Source of the DNA: Atractiella rhizophila
Taxonomy: Eukaryota
DNA length: 60,484 nt
Assembly: GCA_021432655.1 (NCBI GenBank)
Contig: MU271462.1
Span: forward strand, 1 to 60,484
Reading direction: 5' to 3'
Of this stretch, positions 22,545 through 35,301 are shown in pieces (positions within the stretch are counted from its first letter, which is position 1; each line of letters starts with the position of its first letter). The translations under genes and the position numbers were made by a program. The notes under the pieces are model-generated. The model did no database searches, was not told the DNA's origin, and saw only the letters and a program-made list of their open reading frames with translations.

Positions 22545-25500
22545 TCAATTTTCAGCACACCAACTTCCTCCTTTCTTCACATCTGCCCGAAATAAACCAA
22601 ATCAGCATTGCCCAATCGCAGCAGGGATGAGAGAGCGAAAACAAACATTTGTCGACCAACAGTCCGATGTCGTGCACCAAGAATCGACACAGCACTTGTC
22701 CAAAGAATTCAGAAGAGCGCTTCAGCCTCATTTCGATTCGTTGTTTCTCGATCCTCCCGATGGAGGGATAGGTGGAGGGTTGTTCGCCTATCAGGCAGGC
22801 GATGTGGCGGTCTGTAATTTGGCAACTCATCAGTTTGGCTGGAGATGAAAGGGAGTTGAACAAACCAATGATTTGACCATGAAGGAGTACTCTGGAAAGA
22901 GCTTCGACGTATACCGATGGTGAATCCAAGCTATCGCTCTCTCAGCATCACATTCGTGGAGGAGAAATAGACGCACCTCTTCCCGTTGGTCATCCTATCG
23001 ATGCTCCTACTCAGCTTGCTACTCCAAGATCCAAACGAGCTCTGCCCATTCCTCTTTCCAACGCCATCAATCAAGCTCCCCAACTTCTTATTCAGCGTCG
23101 ATTGAATGCCATCCAACAATCCTTCGAAGCTCTCCAACTCCTTCGCGAACTTATCAGCGTTCATCGCGACTTCACTTCCACTCGCAAATTGCTGTGACCC
23201 TTGATTGGAAGGTTCAACAAATATCGAACCCGTCCGCTCCACCGCATCAAGACCAGTGAGGAGCAATTCGATCATTCGCACCTTTGCCTCGACAGCAAGT
23301 AACTTCGCCCCTCCCTGCAGCCACATCTGCGGCGGAAGGTAGAGCCGTTCAGTGACGAAACCGCCGGTAGTCATCGTCGCTCTAATGGTCCGCATGAGGT
23401 GGAAAGGACGTCTCAGTGGGTTAGCTGGGAGCTGTAGGAGGTCGGCACTTGGCGGTGGGAACGCGTTGTTCGAGCCTACAACCGCAGCATTGAAGGTTGC
23501 GTTCGATCTGAAGAAAGTAGCGGAGGTAGGAGTCTCAGCGGTCTCTGGAACTTGGAGCCCTGCGGTTTGAGGGATAGGATATAACCGTTCATCGAACATG
23601 TACGGGGTGGACGAGCGCGAGTTCATGCTCCCGGCCGTTGATTGAGAGGGTGGAAGTCCGACAGGAACGGATGCCTTTCGTTGAGGAGTGGGAGGATACG
23701 CTCGTCCTTGCTCCTGTAGGACAGGTGGGAAAGGTTCGGAGTCGTAGGAGTTGAATAAAGGTCTCTTCCCAGGTTGAGATAGCGTTCTGAACCTCGCGGG
23801 CAAACTTCCTCCCACGGCCGATCCTCCCGTTCGAGCACCAAAGTCTTCCATGCTGCCTACCGATCCAGGTTCCGCACTGCTAGGTCGCGTACGACCAAGC
23901 TCATCCTCCACCTCAGCACCTAACATCTGCCCCAACTTGCTTCGTCGCTTGCTTATGGCCCCTTGCGCCGTGGTAGCGGAGATCAAAACGACTGGGCTTC
24001 CATCAGTCCTCTTCAAGACGTGCTGAGCGCCATTCGACGCGCCATTTGCGCCTGTTGGACCAGATGAAGCAGTAGCAAGCGGTCCGTTGGCGCCAGCGAG
24101 ACTCGCGCTCCTCATAGGTCGTGTCACCGAGTCCTCTTTCAACTTCAAGGTCCCCGGCAACGCAGATCCGAGCCCTCTCGAGTACTGCTGTGGATGGTGC
24201 GTAGAGCTAGTGGAGCTGCTGCCGTGGGTAGAAATGGAATCGAGTGAGGCCATATGCCTCAAACTCCTCTCTGAGCTCCCACTATCCTTCCGCCTCCTCG
24301 GATCGCCCAAAACCTCTTCTTCAAGTGAAACCACTGTGACCTCTGGCTTGGACAGGGCATCGAGAGACTTTGACAATTGCATGGGGACGGCAGGAAGGGG
24401 CAGGGTTGGCGGGGGGCCACGGGGCATAGGTTGTGGGGGTTTCTTGGTTGGGACTGGAGGCGGTGGGGGAGTGGAAGGCTCAGGGAGGAACGTGGAGGGG
24501 TTGTAAGTCGTTGTGAAGGCGTCTGCAGAAGAAAGGTCGGGCAGGAACGACATGCCCGCATAGGCATCTTCATTATCTGTCCCAGAAAAAAAACCCTCCT
24601 TCTCCATAGCGGGGGCGACAGCAGGATTAGGAGGTAATGGTCGAGTAGGAGAAATAGGCTGCTGAAACTGCGCCTGAGTCTGCTGAGTGGGAGTAGGTGT
24701 GTTCCCCCTCCCCTCCTCAGCCAAAATGGAAAGCATGCTCCCTGGCGTTTCTGCACGCACAGTCGTCGCTCCTTCCTCGCCATTCCTGACGGTCCCATTC
24801 CCCACCAAATCCACCTTCCGCATCAAATAGCCTCTCATCACATCTTCCTCTCCCGTTCCACCCATGACGGCTACGGCAGGGAACTCCGAGCTCATCGGCC
24901 TCTCGCCCTCTCCCACGTCCACATCGCCATCCTCGTCCTCCTCCGCAATCTTCTCTTCTCTCCTCGCCATATCCTCCTTGTGCACGGACGAGGCAGGTCC
25001 AATCGTCTCCAGGACCGAGCTGCGTCCCGTACTCCTCCGCCCGCTCCCTCCTCCAGGTGCGCTCCAGAAAGAGCTTTCGGCGCTACTGGAATACTCGTGC
25101 ATTCCAGGATCAAGGGGGGAAGGAGGGGGAGAGTGGTCCATATACGCTTCGGGAAGACGTCTATCTTCGGTGTAAGAGGAGATGATGGGCTGAGAGAGGG
25201 AGTCGGTGAACGATTGCGATGGTTGGGATCTCGAATGCGAATGCGATTGAGAGGGGATGGGGGTGGGAGAGGGAGATCCCCTCCGTTTTCTGCGCGAAGA
25301 GGATGGTCCGATCATCCTCGAGTCTTGCTTTTCCTTCTTCTTGTCCCTCTTGCTGTTCTCCCTGGATACCGTTGCTGAGGCGGACGTCGACGAGCTGATT
25401 GGGGGCACGGGCGGCTCTGGGATCGCGCTCGAATTCATATTTTCCATTGTGGTCGTAGTCGTTGGTGGTGGAGGCGGAGGAGGAGGAGGAGTTGCATTTC

Positions 25501-27761
25501 CACCACCAGGCGGCATCGCTCGAAGCATGATGATTCTCTCCCTATAAGTATCATGCTGTCCGGGATCAACATCAACACTGCATTCGGACGGATCCAAACC
25601 ATACGGTATGACGGAGAAAGCTCACGATGACTCTCAACCTCCTCGCCTCGTCCAACCTGGCCCTTTCCCTCCTCAACCTCTTCGCCTTCTCCTCCTCGCT
25701 CTCTCCCGCTCCTCCCACATTCGCACCCGAATCAGCCCGTGCACGAGCGCCGCGTTCCACCTTGTACGGGAGATCAGCAAAATTTCTTTTCCGCAGAATT
25801 GCGAGGATGGAAGGGAAAGGAAATGGAGAAGTACCTTTGACATGACTTGACGGAGCAATACCACGCTCTCTTCGTAAGCCTCAACCGCTTCCTGTACCTG
25901 ATTCGAGCTGTCCAGCAAGACCGCTTGCTGAGCTCGAGAGAGGGCCAGAGTGAGGATCCGCTTCGACGATCCCTGCGAGGTCGTACTCGTAGGGGTAGGT
26001 GCCGACGGGTTTGAAGGGGTAGTCTGTGCAGTGGCAGTCGAAGATGTGGAGGGGGCATGAGAGTGTGAATGGGAATGAGACGATTGATGATGATGATGGG
26101 AGGAGGTGGAATGAGAGTGGTGGTGGGACGAAGACGAAGGGGTGTGGGAGTGCGAGTGCGAAGAAGAGATGGAAGCGTTATGTGCCAGCTCGGACCTCCT
26201 CGACGATCTCGATTTCGTCCTCCTCCTCTCTCCCCTCCTCTCTTCCTCTTCCGACCTTCCCTGACTCCTCGATCCGCTCCCACTCCCACTTCCGGTCGCA
26301 CTCCCACCGACACTCGGATTCCGAGACATAGAAACGCTCACGCTCTCGCTCGCCTCCACAACATTCACATCGCCATCCACAGCGGGGACCTCGCTCTCCT
26401 TCTCCTTTCCCTTCTCTTCCTTCTCTTTATTCCCAGGCGAGTGCAAAGGCAGCCACTCCACAGGTCCCTCCCTCATCGGGGAATGCAACGAGGCAGGCGA
26501 TAGGGGAGGGGTCGGTGGTTGAGGTCTTGGCGGCATCGGGGTCCGTGCTTCTTCTTCTTCTTCTATGTCTCTTTCTTCAGATGCTTCCAGTTCGACTTCG
26601 ATTTCGACGACCGGAGTTTGGTGTTGTTCTTGTTCTTGTTCTTGATCGACGACAAGGTCAGGTTGTTCGCTCCCTCCTACGAATGGAACAGATCGAGATG
26701 GTGACTGTGGTGCTGGTGCAAGGCTGGGATTATCGACAGCGATGAGCGAGTTCGACAGGGCGAAGTCGATAGAGAAAGGTGGTAGGAGGCCAACCGAGGT
26801 GGTGGGATCTTCTTCAGGTTCCGTATCCGTCTCCGTTCCCGTAACGGGAGCTGTAATCGAGATATCGTCTTCTTCTGAAGCCGAAGCTGGAGCTGGAGAG
26901 GACGAGGACGAGGGGAGGGACTGATTGGATGTAGCCGCAGCCGTCGTTGTCGTCGTCGTCGTGAGGGGAGGAGCTAAAGGATAAATATATCAGCGACCGA
27001 TCAACACGCTGTGGACGCAATTCCCCAGCTGGCCGTCAAGCTAGGCTCAGGTTCGGTGATCGTGATACTGCATGATCGTATAGTAAAACGTTATAAGGTA
27101 GATAGATGGTCCCGTCCACAAGGAGTCCGACGCGTTTCTGCCGAGCCAGAGCGTGGTGATTTTTCCGCATCGACCGCCTTCCATTTCCATGGAACGCTCC
27201 GTCCTCTGCTACTCAACGCGTGACACCGAGCAGTGCAATATACGACAATATAATAAGGCAGCTCATGTCCACACAAGCCGTGTTGACTTGCACTCTGATC
27301 TACGACAGACGATAGACAAAGAAAGAAGAAGACGCACGGTTGGGGATAAGTGCGGATTCTCGGACCGACAGAGCCTTTCCCTCGAGGCTCTTGACGAGTC
27401 TGAGCTCCCTCACTCCTCCAATATTGCTCGGCTTATACCCCACCCCGCCTCCCATCCTCTCTCCAGCGCTCCCAGCCGCAGGACCCCTTTCCGTATTCCC
27501 TCCCGCAGCGACGTTCCCAGGCGCCGTAGTCGATCCAGAAACGGTGGCCCCAAACAGCAGCGCCCTCTTGCTGACGCTCCCTCCGAGGGTACTGGGGAGC
27601 GAGGGCATGGGCGACTTGGGGACGGTGGTCGTGGGCGGGGACGGGGAGGACTGGAAGGCGGACAGTCGGTGCGACATGGACGCTGAGATTTGCTTCGGAG
27701 GCGTGACTGCCGAACTGGCTGGCGGTGGCCTGTGCCTGTATGGGGGCGAGGTGGTGGACAT
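22545..27761 (-). CDS. Large low-complexity MIT-domain protein with a conserved fungal C-terminal helical domain
   Basis: MIT-like helix KRILTLALSRAQQAVLLDSSNQVQEAVEAYEESVVLLRQVM, later ...HDTYRERI. C-terminal RPFHLMRTIRATMTTGGFVTERLYLP...EFFGQVLCRFLVHDIGLLVDK/YVKKGGSWCAEN*. The frame is open upstream to ~26973. Joining the 27761 ORF as exon 1 is inferred. Confidence 0.75.
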
Positions 27762-28866
27762 GTCTCCTGCCCTTGCGTGAGCACTGCAGCCTGTACCTGT
27801 GTCCGAGTGAAGCTGGCAGAAGAAAGAAAGACAGAACAGAAGTTAATAGATCAACAGTAGGGTTAGGGTATGCAGATCCCGCTGTTTCACCGTCGTTCTG
27901 TGGGAACTTGGGAAGGAATCAGATTATGAGATTATGAGATAATAGGAGGTACTACAGTAGCCTGAGACTGGGGATGTGGCGTGAGACGTGGGAGCAGATG
28001 GCAGAGTGGCTTATATGGTGAGCTGATCTGCAAGGAAAAGTTTGGTCGCCAGTTCAATGACAAATCCGTATCCCTCCGCCTCGCCGTATGCTGCCTTCTT
28101 TCGCCTTCTCCGTCCTACTATCCTACCTTGCAGCAACACAAACATTCCGATGATCTCTTCCGTCGTGTGGGGGCATCGCGCAGACATATTTCCCTTCCAG
28201 GCTCTGTTTCGACATTCTCACTTCGGTGCACTCCAACCTGGATTTATGGAACCGCAGTTGTGCGAAGGTGGGATAAAGTCCCACTGGGAAAGTTGCTGAA
28301 TAATGCTGCTCATCAATCACTTGCTGTAGAGGCTGTTGATATGTTCTCCTTGTCCTAGTGCGGTTTTAAAGCACCAGAACGAGCAAGTTTTTATCAGGTC
28401 CACCCAGCCGTATCGCTGATCCAATCCTCTGTGGATGAATAATGTCAAGTCTCTCTTTTTAATAATCATCGCATATTTGTTTGCATGGATTTTTACTTTT
28501 GGGGATTGCATTCGAAGAGTAATATCAGATGAAACGAAGGAAGGGAAGACAACAACAGAATTCAGGACAAAGATACAATTCTGACCAAGCCAAATATCTC
28601 AAAAGGAGCTGTGTTAGAACGTCGACAAGAATGTGAGTGCACAGGGGACAAACAAAAAGGAGGAAGGAAAGACGAAATTTACCAAATCTGCCTATATTTA
28701 TTTTGCAAATTCGACACCCTGCACTGCGATGCTGTTTTAAAACCACACTCCGATTAGTGCTCTCGCACTGCGACCTAGATCAATATGCGCTTTAATACGC
28801 GTCGAGAAATATCCAAGAAATAACATCATCCACTCCCGCTGGGAGTGTCCAAACTGGCGTCAGATT

Positions 28867-31668
28867 TCAATGCGAGACAGAGAGTTTGCGATCTAGCACA
28901 CCTTCAGCTTCAGCTTCACCAATTAATTGAAGGGAGAGCGCCTACGTTTCGAACACCTGAGCCCGCTCGCCCTTTCCTCCCCCCTCAGAACCTCATCGCA
29001 TCCAAACGATTGACAGACATCGTCGTCCTTCGGCACCCAATTCGACGGAGCATTGGCGAGCGAACCCTTCCTCTTCCTCTTCATCCCTCTATTCCGGAAC
29101 GTTGTCGACCCAGCCCCCACGGTCACAGGGACGGGGAGAATAGGCACTGGCGAGAGTTGAGCGGGAACTTGGATGGGGGATTCGATAGGTGGAACTGAAA
29201 CTGCTGTCGTTGTTGTGGGAGGAGCTGGTGAAGGCACGGACTCGTCGGCATCCAGATCCATATCGTCTTCTTCAGATTCAACCGACCCGTCTACCGCTGC
29301 CTCCAGTCTACAAACCACTGAGCTGCCACCTGAACTGTGTGGCAGGGAAGCTATGGGAGAAACGACGGAGGCGGCTGAGCTGGGAGCAGAAGAGGCGGCG
29401 CGAGAGATGATCACGCGAGAGAACATGCCTTGATCCCTGCTCGCATTATCCTCGTTTTCGGAAGGCGTGGCTTCCCTTTTAATCTCTACAATTGAGAGCC
29501 TTCGGACGCTCTCGATTGTAGTGTCCACTGCCACTTGCGCTCAGATTGCGATCTTGTAAACCTGAAGTAAGACGAACCTTGATCCCTGCCATCCTCTTCA
29601 TGTCGCTTCAATCTGTCCGCTGCAGCTGCCTTGCCAGTAAGCACTATGTTCAGTCTGGAGAATCGGATAAACAAACCTATCAACCTCTCCTCAGTCTCCA
29701 TATCGACTTCTCCCGTTCTAGTTGCAGATTCAAGGATCCGAATGTTCTCCCTGTCAATTCGTCCCACCCTAAGCTCTTGCTTCCTCTGCTGACGGGACCA
29801 GTGTTGCGATTCAACAACTGAGAAAGAATCTTTATCCTTGTTCTGTACATGCTTCGCCAGCTGTGGTCTGAGAGGCAAAGGAACCGAATTGTCACTGGAA
29901 GCCGCAGATCGAGTTTCCTCCTCTTCTTCCTCGTCGTCTTCCATCGCCATCAACTGCGGATGCGGATTCGGTGCGTGTACCTTGGGGGGAGACTGCGTCC
30001 AATTTGCCCGCAAACGCTGCATCGTGCTAGCCGACAAACGTCGTTTTGAAGGGAGCGGCTTTGTATCCTGAACCTCCATCTCTGCCTCCCTCTCCTTCGC
30101 ACGCTCCCTCTTCCGTCGAATCTCATCCACCAGCGCCATGCCCTTAGCGCGTCGCATCACTGCCAATTCATGCGCTTCAACAACGCTCGGGTGTCTACTC
30201 CTCACTTGCGACACCTCCGCTGACTTCGTCTGATCTGGGACGCGAACAGGAACAGATACAGAGATGGGGCCAACGATACTCGAGTTCCTACTTGACACAG
30301 GAATAGGAACTGGTGCGGTTCCTGGAGCTCTCGATTGTTGCAGAGGTAGCACCTTGTTCGTTTGAGACTTTCCCACCACTGTAAACTTGGCGGCAACCCT
30401 ATGTACTATTTCTCCCGTATCTGAATCGAAGAAGTCTCCTTCCCAATCATTTGGGAAAATAGTACTTGAAGCGGAGTAGCACGGAACGATTTTGACGCCT
30501 GTAGGAAGATTTGTGGCTGTTACACACGACTGACGGCGGGGAACTGGACGAGCAGCAGTGGACAGGCGTCTTGGGTGTTGTTGTTGTTGTTGTTGAGGTG
30601 GTTGAACAAATGCTGCCACGACAGGAGAAGATGGATGTGGGTGTGCATACTGCGGGAAGTGTGGCGTTATCGGGGAATGAAATGGGTAGACGAAAAGAGG
30701 TGCTGCTTGTCCGATAGGAGCGTATGAGAGAGGAGGAGGGATTTTCTTCGGTTGTTGACGAGGTGGCGCGTTCATATGTGCTTGCAGAATAGGCGAAGGC
30801 GTATCCTTCGTAAGATCGATGACTGACTTCCTCTTCTGCCTCATCCTCTGCTCCTCATCCGCTGATTTGGTCTTCTTCCCTTCTTGAAGACTACCTCCTG
30901 CACGCGCAGCTGACTGGAAAGGCATGTATTTCGTTATTATGCGGGGTGGATGTTTCCTGAACCGCTCTCTCTTCAGCCGAGCGTTCGACTTTGGTTTCGG
31001 CTGGGCTGACGGTTGTGGAGGTACTTTTGGGGTTCGAAGAGAGGATGAGTGTACTGATTCTGAACTTGTGGGTGCGGGTGGAGGAGGAGAGATGGTTGGA
31101 GGCTGAGAGATCACTATGACGAGATGTTATTGTTGTGCCTTCAACAATATGTGAAACAACATACCAGGTTCTGCTTCCGTTTCAAAATCTACAGGGATGA
31201 GTTTGTCTAAGATTGAAACATGAAGACTTTATCAGCAGGTAAAGAGACGATAGACTCACATTCGCCCTGCTTCTCACCCTTGAAATCGGGCAAATGATGT
31301 TCTGGGTCGTTCCAGGCTTTCAATGCCAATTTCCTCGCGTGACAGTGCAGTTCTCTGACCTCTTCCTGATTTGCTTCTCTTGGTTTCTTTACCTTTGCAG
31401 TCCCTATATGATGCACAAATTCGAAATTCGGTACAAGGTGCCTCTCGCTTCTTCTGAAGGGTAAAGAAACGGAATAGAAGGAGGTTGCCGTGCAATCAAA
31501 CTTGGACGAGGTTTGCGGACCTTTAGCTGGAATATTAAACTGGTCTACTAGCAAGATCCAATGGTGCAATATTGGAGACCACGTCCTAGCTAATCCGACG
31601 CGGAGTGTATAAGTGCAAGTGTTGGGATCGTATTCCGTGAAGAGGTGCTTGAGTTTCTTCACCGGCAT
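28867..31668 (-). CDS. Hypothetical protein, largely disordered, with a C-terminal C-x4-C-x14-C-x2-H motif
   Basis: ORFs 31207-31668, 29486-31114 and 28923-29534 join via short introns (e.g. CAAG|gttcgt...cgcaag|TGGCAG at ~29578-29535). The last exon completes CQSFGCDEVLRGEERASGLRCSK/HRKLSVSH*. Confidence 0.6.
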
Positions 31669-32322
31669 GGCGATGCTTCTAGGTATTTAACGAAGATCGA
31701 AATAAAGGAAAGGAGGCAGAGAGGAAGGGGACAAGGCTTTATACACCAATGAACCAGTAGGTCATAGTCCCAACGCAATGGGATGAATGAAAGCAAGCGT
31801 CGGGGTTTTCCTTACAGTCAGATCGGGAACTGGAGACAAAGGGAATGAGGGTCACGAGTTGTTTGGCATCCGAGATTGGACCAAATAATGAACAAAGGAA
31901 TCGACTTTGTAAACGTTGTTCTGTTGAAGGACAAACAGCCTGGCGATGAATGAATAGTAAAACAGTGTAACAAAGAGCTCTACCCATTCCGTTTCAACCT
32001 AAGCGTTTGAGCCAGTTGCCATGGGTAAGTAACGAAGACGGTAAGACGGGAGGCAGCTGGAATATGCTCATATTGCACTTATTGCACTTGGAGTGCAGTT
32101 GCTGTTTGCAACTGAGAGGCAGCCTTTCCTCTTCATAACAATAATCCTTCCAGCTGTTTGCAAACCGCAAAGTCCGCATATCAGTCATTTCCCCGATCTA
32201 AATGAACACAAAGTGTCCTGGATGTGATCCAAAATTGATGAACAAAAGCTTTAGATACAAAGCAGTCAAGCGTTCCAGCGGCTCGTATATCCAAGAAGTC
32301 GGCCTTCCATATGCATGTTCCT

Positions 32323-33582
32323 TCATTCAAACTCTCCAAAACGAATGTTGCGCCTGCTGCACCAATTTTGTAGTGGATCACCAGGAGCATCGTGTGGTAT
32401 TTCAGCAAGATTGAAAGGGCTAAGCAGGCTTCCCAAGTCGAAAGAAACCCAAAGGTTAAGATTGTTTATCGTGATCAAGTCCAGACTTCTGATCAGGTTC
32501 TCCTTTGCCTGACTCTGGGCTGCGGGTAGAGGTATTTTGCCGTCTCCTGACAGTGGATAGCCGCGCAATGAGAGCCACCTGATCTTGGGTGGAATGGAAG
32601 CCACAAATTTCTCGTCAACTTCTGGGGTATGTTCGCTGAACAATGATTCCACGAGCTTGCTGTTGTAATAGCTGAAAAGGCTCAGGTGCATTGGATGACG
32701 AGAGAAAAAAGTCGCAAGCACGCTAGTTATCGAGTCGTAAAGTGAAGGAGCAGCAACCCCAATCTTCAATGATCGTAGAGATATCAGACCATTCCCATTG
32801 AAAACATCCCGAACAGCTTCTTCTTCAGTTTCGTCGCACACAGAAAAGTCGAGTATTTGAAGCGTAGGAGGGCCAGCGCAATCCACAAACGTTCGCAAAA
32901 GTTCAGCGGTAGTATGACAGGAATGCAGTGTCAGCTTTGTAAGCGTAGGTAGAACTACGTTGCTGATTTTTGGAATAGGAGGGAGACACAAGATTTCGAG
33001 CTCCTCTAGCTTGTGAAGTTGCCCAAATATTTCGCCGAGATCAGTGACCCTCGCAAGTCCAAAAAAGTCACCAGACGCGTGTTGGCCACCCATTTTTATC
33101 TTCAACTTTTTGGGGCTGAAATTCTGCACTGCAAGTAAAGTTTTGCGAAAATCAAAACTGGATCGACCAGCTGACAGAAGATTCAGGACAATAGAATCAA
33201 CCGTCGCAAGAATCCTCGATAGGTCCTCAACTATCGCAGTACTGTTTGAGGCCACACCAGTCTTGAAGCAGGCAAATTGAATTTCTCTAACCAGTTCATG
33301 GCGACCTCCTGCGGAGCGCTGGATTGCGGCAGCAACAGCTCGAGCTTTTTTCTTCGTCGTAATTGTTATTTCGCGGAAGAGGAGCCTTTGCGCAGAAGCG
33401 AAGAAAGATTTGCAGGTGATTAAAAGATCCTTCAGGATCTGTGCGCGTACATGTGTGTTACAGCTGGCGAAAACGAATATTGCCTCCAAGAGCTCCGGAG
33501 GTAATTTGAAGATAGGTGGCTTAGGCACTGGCGAAAGAGGACACTGATGGAAATAGTTGTCAGCCAACTCTCCATAAGACAT
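32323..33582 (-). CDS. F-box-like/LRR (RNI-like) protein, intronless
   Basis: N-terminal IFKLPPELLEAIFVF...LLITCKSFFASAQRLLFREITI followed by LxxLxL repeats (LHKLEELEI, LPTLTKLTL, LQILDF, LRSLKI). First ATG at 33582. Confidence 0.75.
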   Translation of the reverse strand: MSYGELADNYFHQCPLSPVPKPPIFKLPPELLEAIFVFASCNTHVRAQILKDLLITCKSFFASAQRLLFREITITTKKKARAVAAAIQRSAGGRHELVREIQFACFKTGVASNSTAIVEDLSRILATVDSIVLNLLSAGRSSFDFRKTLLAVQNFSPKKLKIKMGGQHASGDFFGLARVTDLGEIFGQLHKLEELEILCLPPIPKISNVVLPTLTKLTLHSCHTTAELLRTFVDCAGPPTLQILDFSVCDETEEEAVRDVFNGNGLISLRSLKIGVAAPSLYDSITSVLATFFSRHPMHLSLFSYYNSKLVESLFSEHTPEVDEKFVASIPPKIRWLSLRGYPLSGDGKIPLPAAQSQAKENLIRSLDLITINNLNLWVSFDLGSLLSPFNLAEIPHDAPGDPLQNWCSRRNIRFGEFE

Positions 33583-34217
33583 CAATACCCACGTCACAAT
33601 GGCTCAATCTAGCGATACTGCCTAGCGCAGTATTCAGGAGGCACATCTTACGAATCCAGAGCGTGCCACAATTTCTATCTGGTTACACTTAAAGAGTTGC
33701 AGTCATCGGGAAGAAGATGCCATCATTTCTCGAAATGACCTTGGTGTCCTCCTTCGTCTGCCTCGTGGACGTTGCAGCGCCAGCATTGGCAAGCAAAGGT
33801 AAGGCAATCAGTCAATCAACGAAGAATGAGGGAACGGTACGATATGGCAAGACTCAGGGAAAACGCCAAATTTTCGTCTGCTAAGCAATGGGCATGCAGA
33901 AAGGTATGATCCTGATCGTCTCCCTGCAATGCAATGGCAAGATGCATTGCAGGGTTACCTTCCCTGATCTTGCCAGTCCCCAAAACCCACGAATAAACAA
34001 ACTCGCTCACCTGTATGGCAGCAGCTGGTGGCAAATTCTCAGCCTCCCCACGTCTCTTCATCTCCTCAACCTTTTTCACTGGGCTGTTTGCTGCTTGGCG
34101 GTTCACGTGCACTAACCAGACGGGTATGATCATCAAGTACATCCACTGCTTCGCTATAATCTACACGTAGTTGCAGGATTCTTTCAGAACACGGTATCCT
34201 CATTCCTTTTTACCGCT

Positions 34218-34957
34218 TCAAGGTAGGTAAATGCAAAATTCCAATCCACCATCGTAAGGAAGAGTAAGATTGCGATAAGGTCCATTCTCACGACGAAGAT
34301 ATCCCAGGAGATCCTTGTACCTCTTCTGTGCTAAAATGGAGTTGTCGCAAATAACGAGGGATCCTCTTTTGAAGTTTTTCTCCACAATCTGAAGCGTAGG
34401 AAGGGTCAAAGGAGCCCAAACTATGAGGAATCATCAGTCTATTCCAGAGCAGTATTGGGAAGCGTACTGTCTAGTAGCAAGCAATCGACTTGAGGCAAAT
34501 CGTTCTTCAAGGTTTGCAACAAGTCCCCTTCCCTCAGCTCAATCACATCTTCGACTTCTTTCCCACAATCCTTCCAGAACGCCCTCGCCCTATCTGCCTT
34601 CTCCTTCTCAAGCTCCGTGCCGATAACCAAACCTTTCCCGTCTCCCTTTCCCGCCTTCACATTCTCTACCACTGCCAGCGCAAGGTAAACAGTAGATACG
34701 CCAAAACTTGTTCCCGCTTCCACGACCTTTGTCGCGCCAGTAGCGAGGAGGAGTTGGTACACAAGCTGGCATTTGTCAGGAGTGAGAGCAATAAATTTGT
34801 CCTTCAGGTAGGCATATTTTTCAGCTCCCCATGCTACATCAGACTTGAAAAGGTCGGAAGGGAACTGTGCCTCTTGTTCCTCAGAAAGAGCGTGCACTTG
34901 CGAGAGGAGGTCGAGGATGTGTCGAGGTGCGCGGACTGGCGATGGGGTAGTGGCCAT
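34218..34957 (-). CDS. SAM-dependent O-methyltransferase (COMT/MdmC-like)
   Basis: DKFIALTPDKCQLVYQL...VVEAGTSFGVSTVYLALA...VIGTELE...IELREGDL...LLLD/IWAPL...GSLVICDN...LPYDGGLEFCIYLP*. One intron. Confidence 0.9.
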
Positions 34958-35301
34958 AATTTTCAGATTTTGTTTTGACAAGAATGGCGACCGTGAATTA
35001 TTTATACCTTGGGAAGTAGGAAATGAGAAAAAGCGACAGGATCAGATTTGAGCCGGGATGCCGTTGTGGGTCACCTCTGTCCATTCGCTGATTGGGTCCT
35101 AACGGCACGCCAACGTGCATGGCGAGTAAGGGGTATGCGACGACGGAAGTTGGTTGATGTTGCACGCTCCGCTCGCTCTTTGGATACTGTCCAAAACGCA
35201 TAGTATTACTGAAGCCTACTACTATTACCTGGACCAGCCCATTAGTCAGTGCAGCACAAAGAAGATTGGTGCCAGCGACCACGACAGAACACGCACAAAT
35301 A

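Noticed and set aside
23352..27800. Many plus-strand ORFs antisense to the MIT gene
   Set aside because: Shadow ORFs of a GC-rich low-complexity coding strand.
29486..29578. Apparent frameshift between ORFs 29486-31114 and 28923-29534
   Set aside because: Resolved by a short GT...AAG intron. No programmed frameshift is needed.
33816..34142. 108-aa minus-strand ORF
   Set aside because: No motif or supporting structure; could be chance or a relic.
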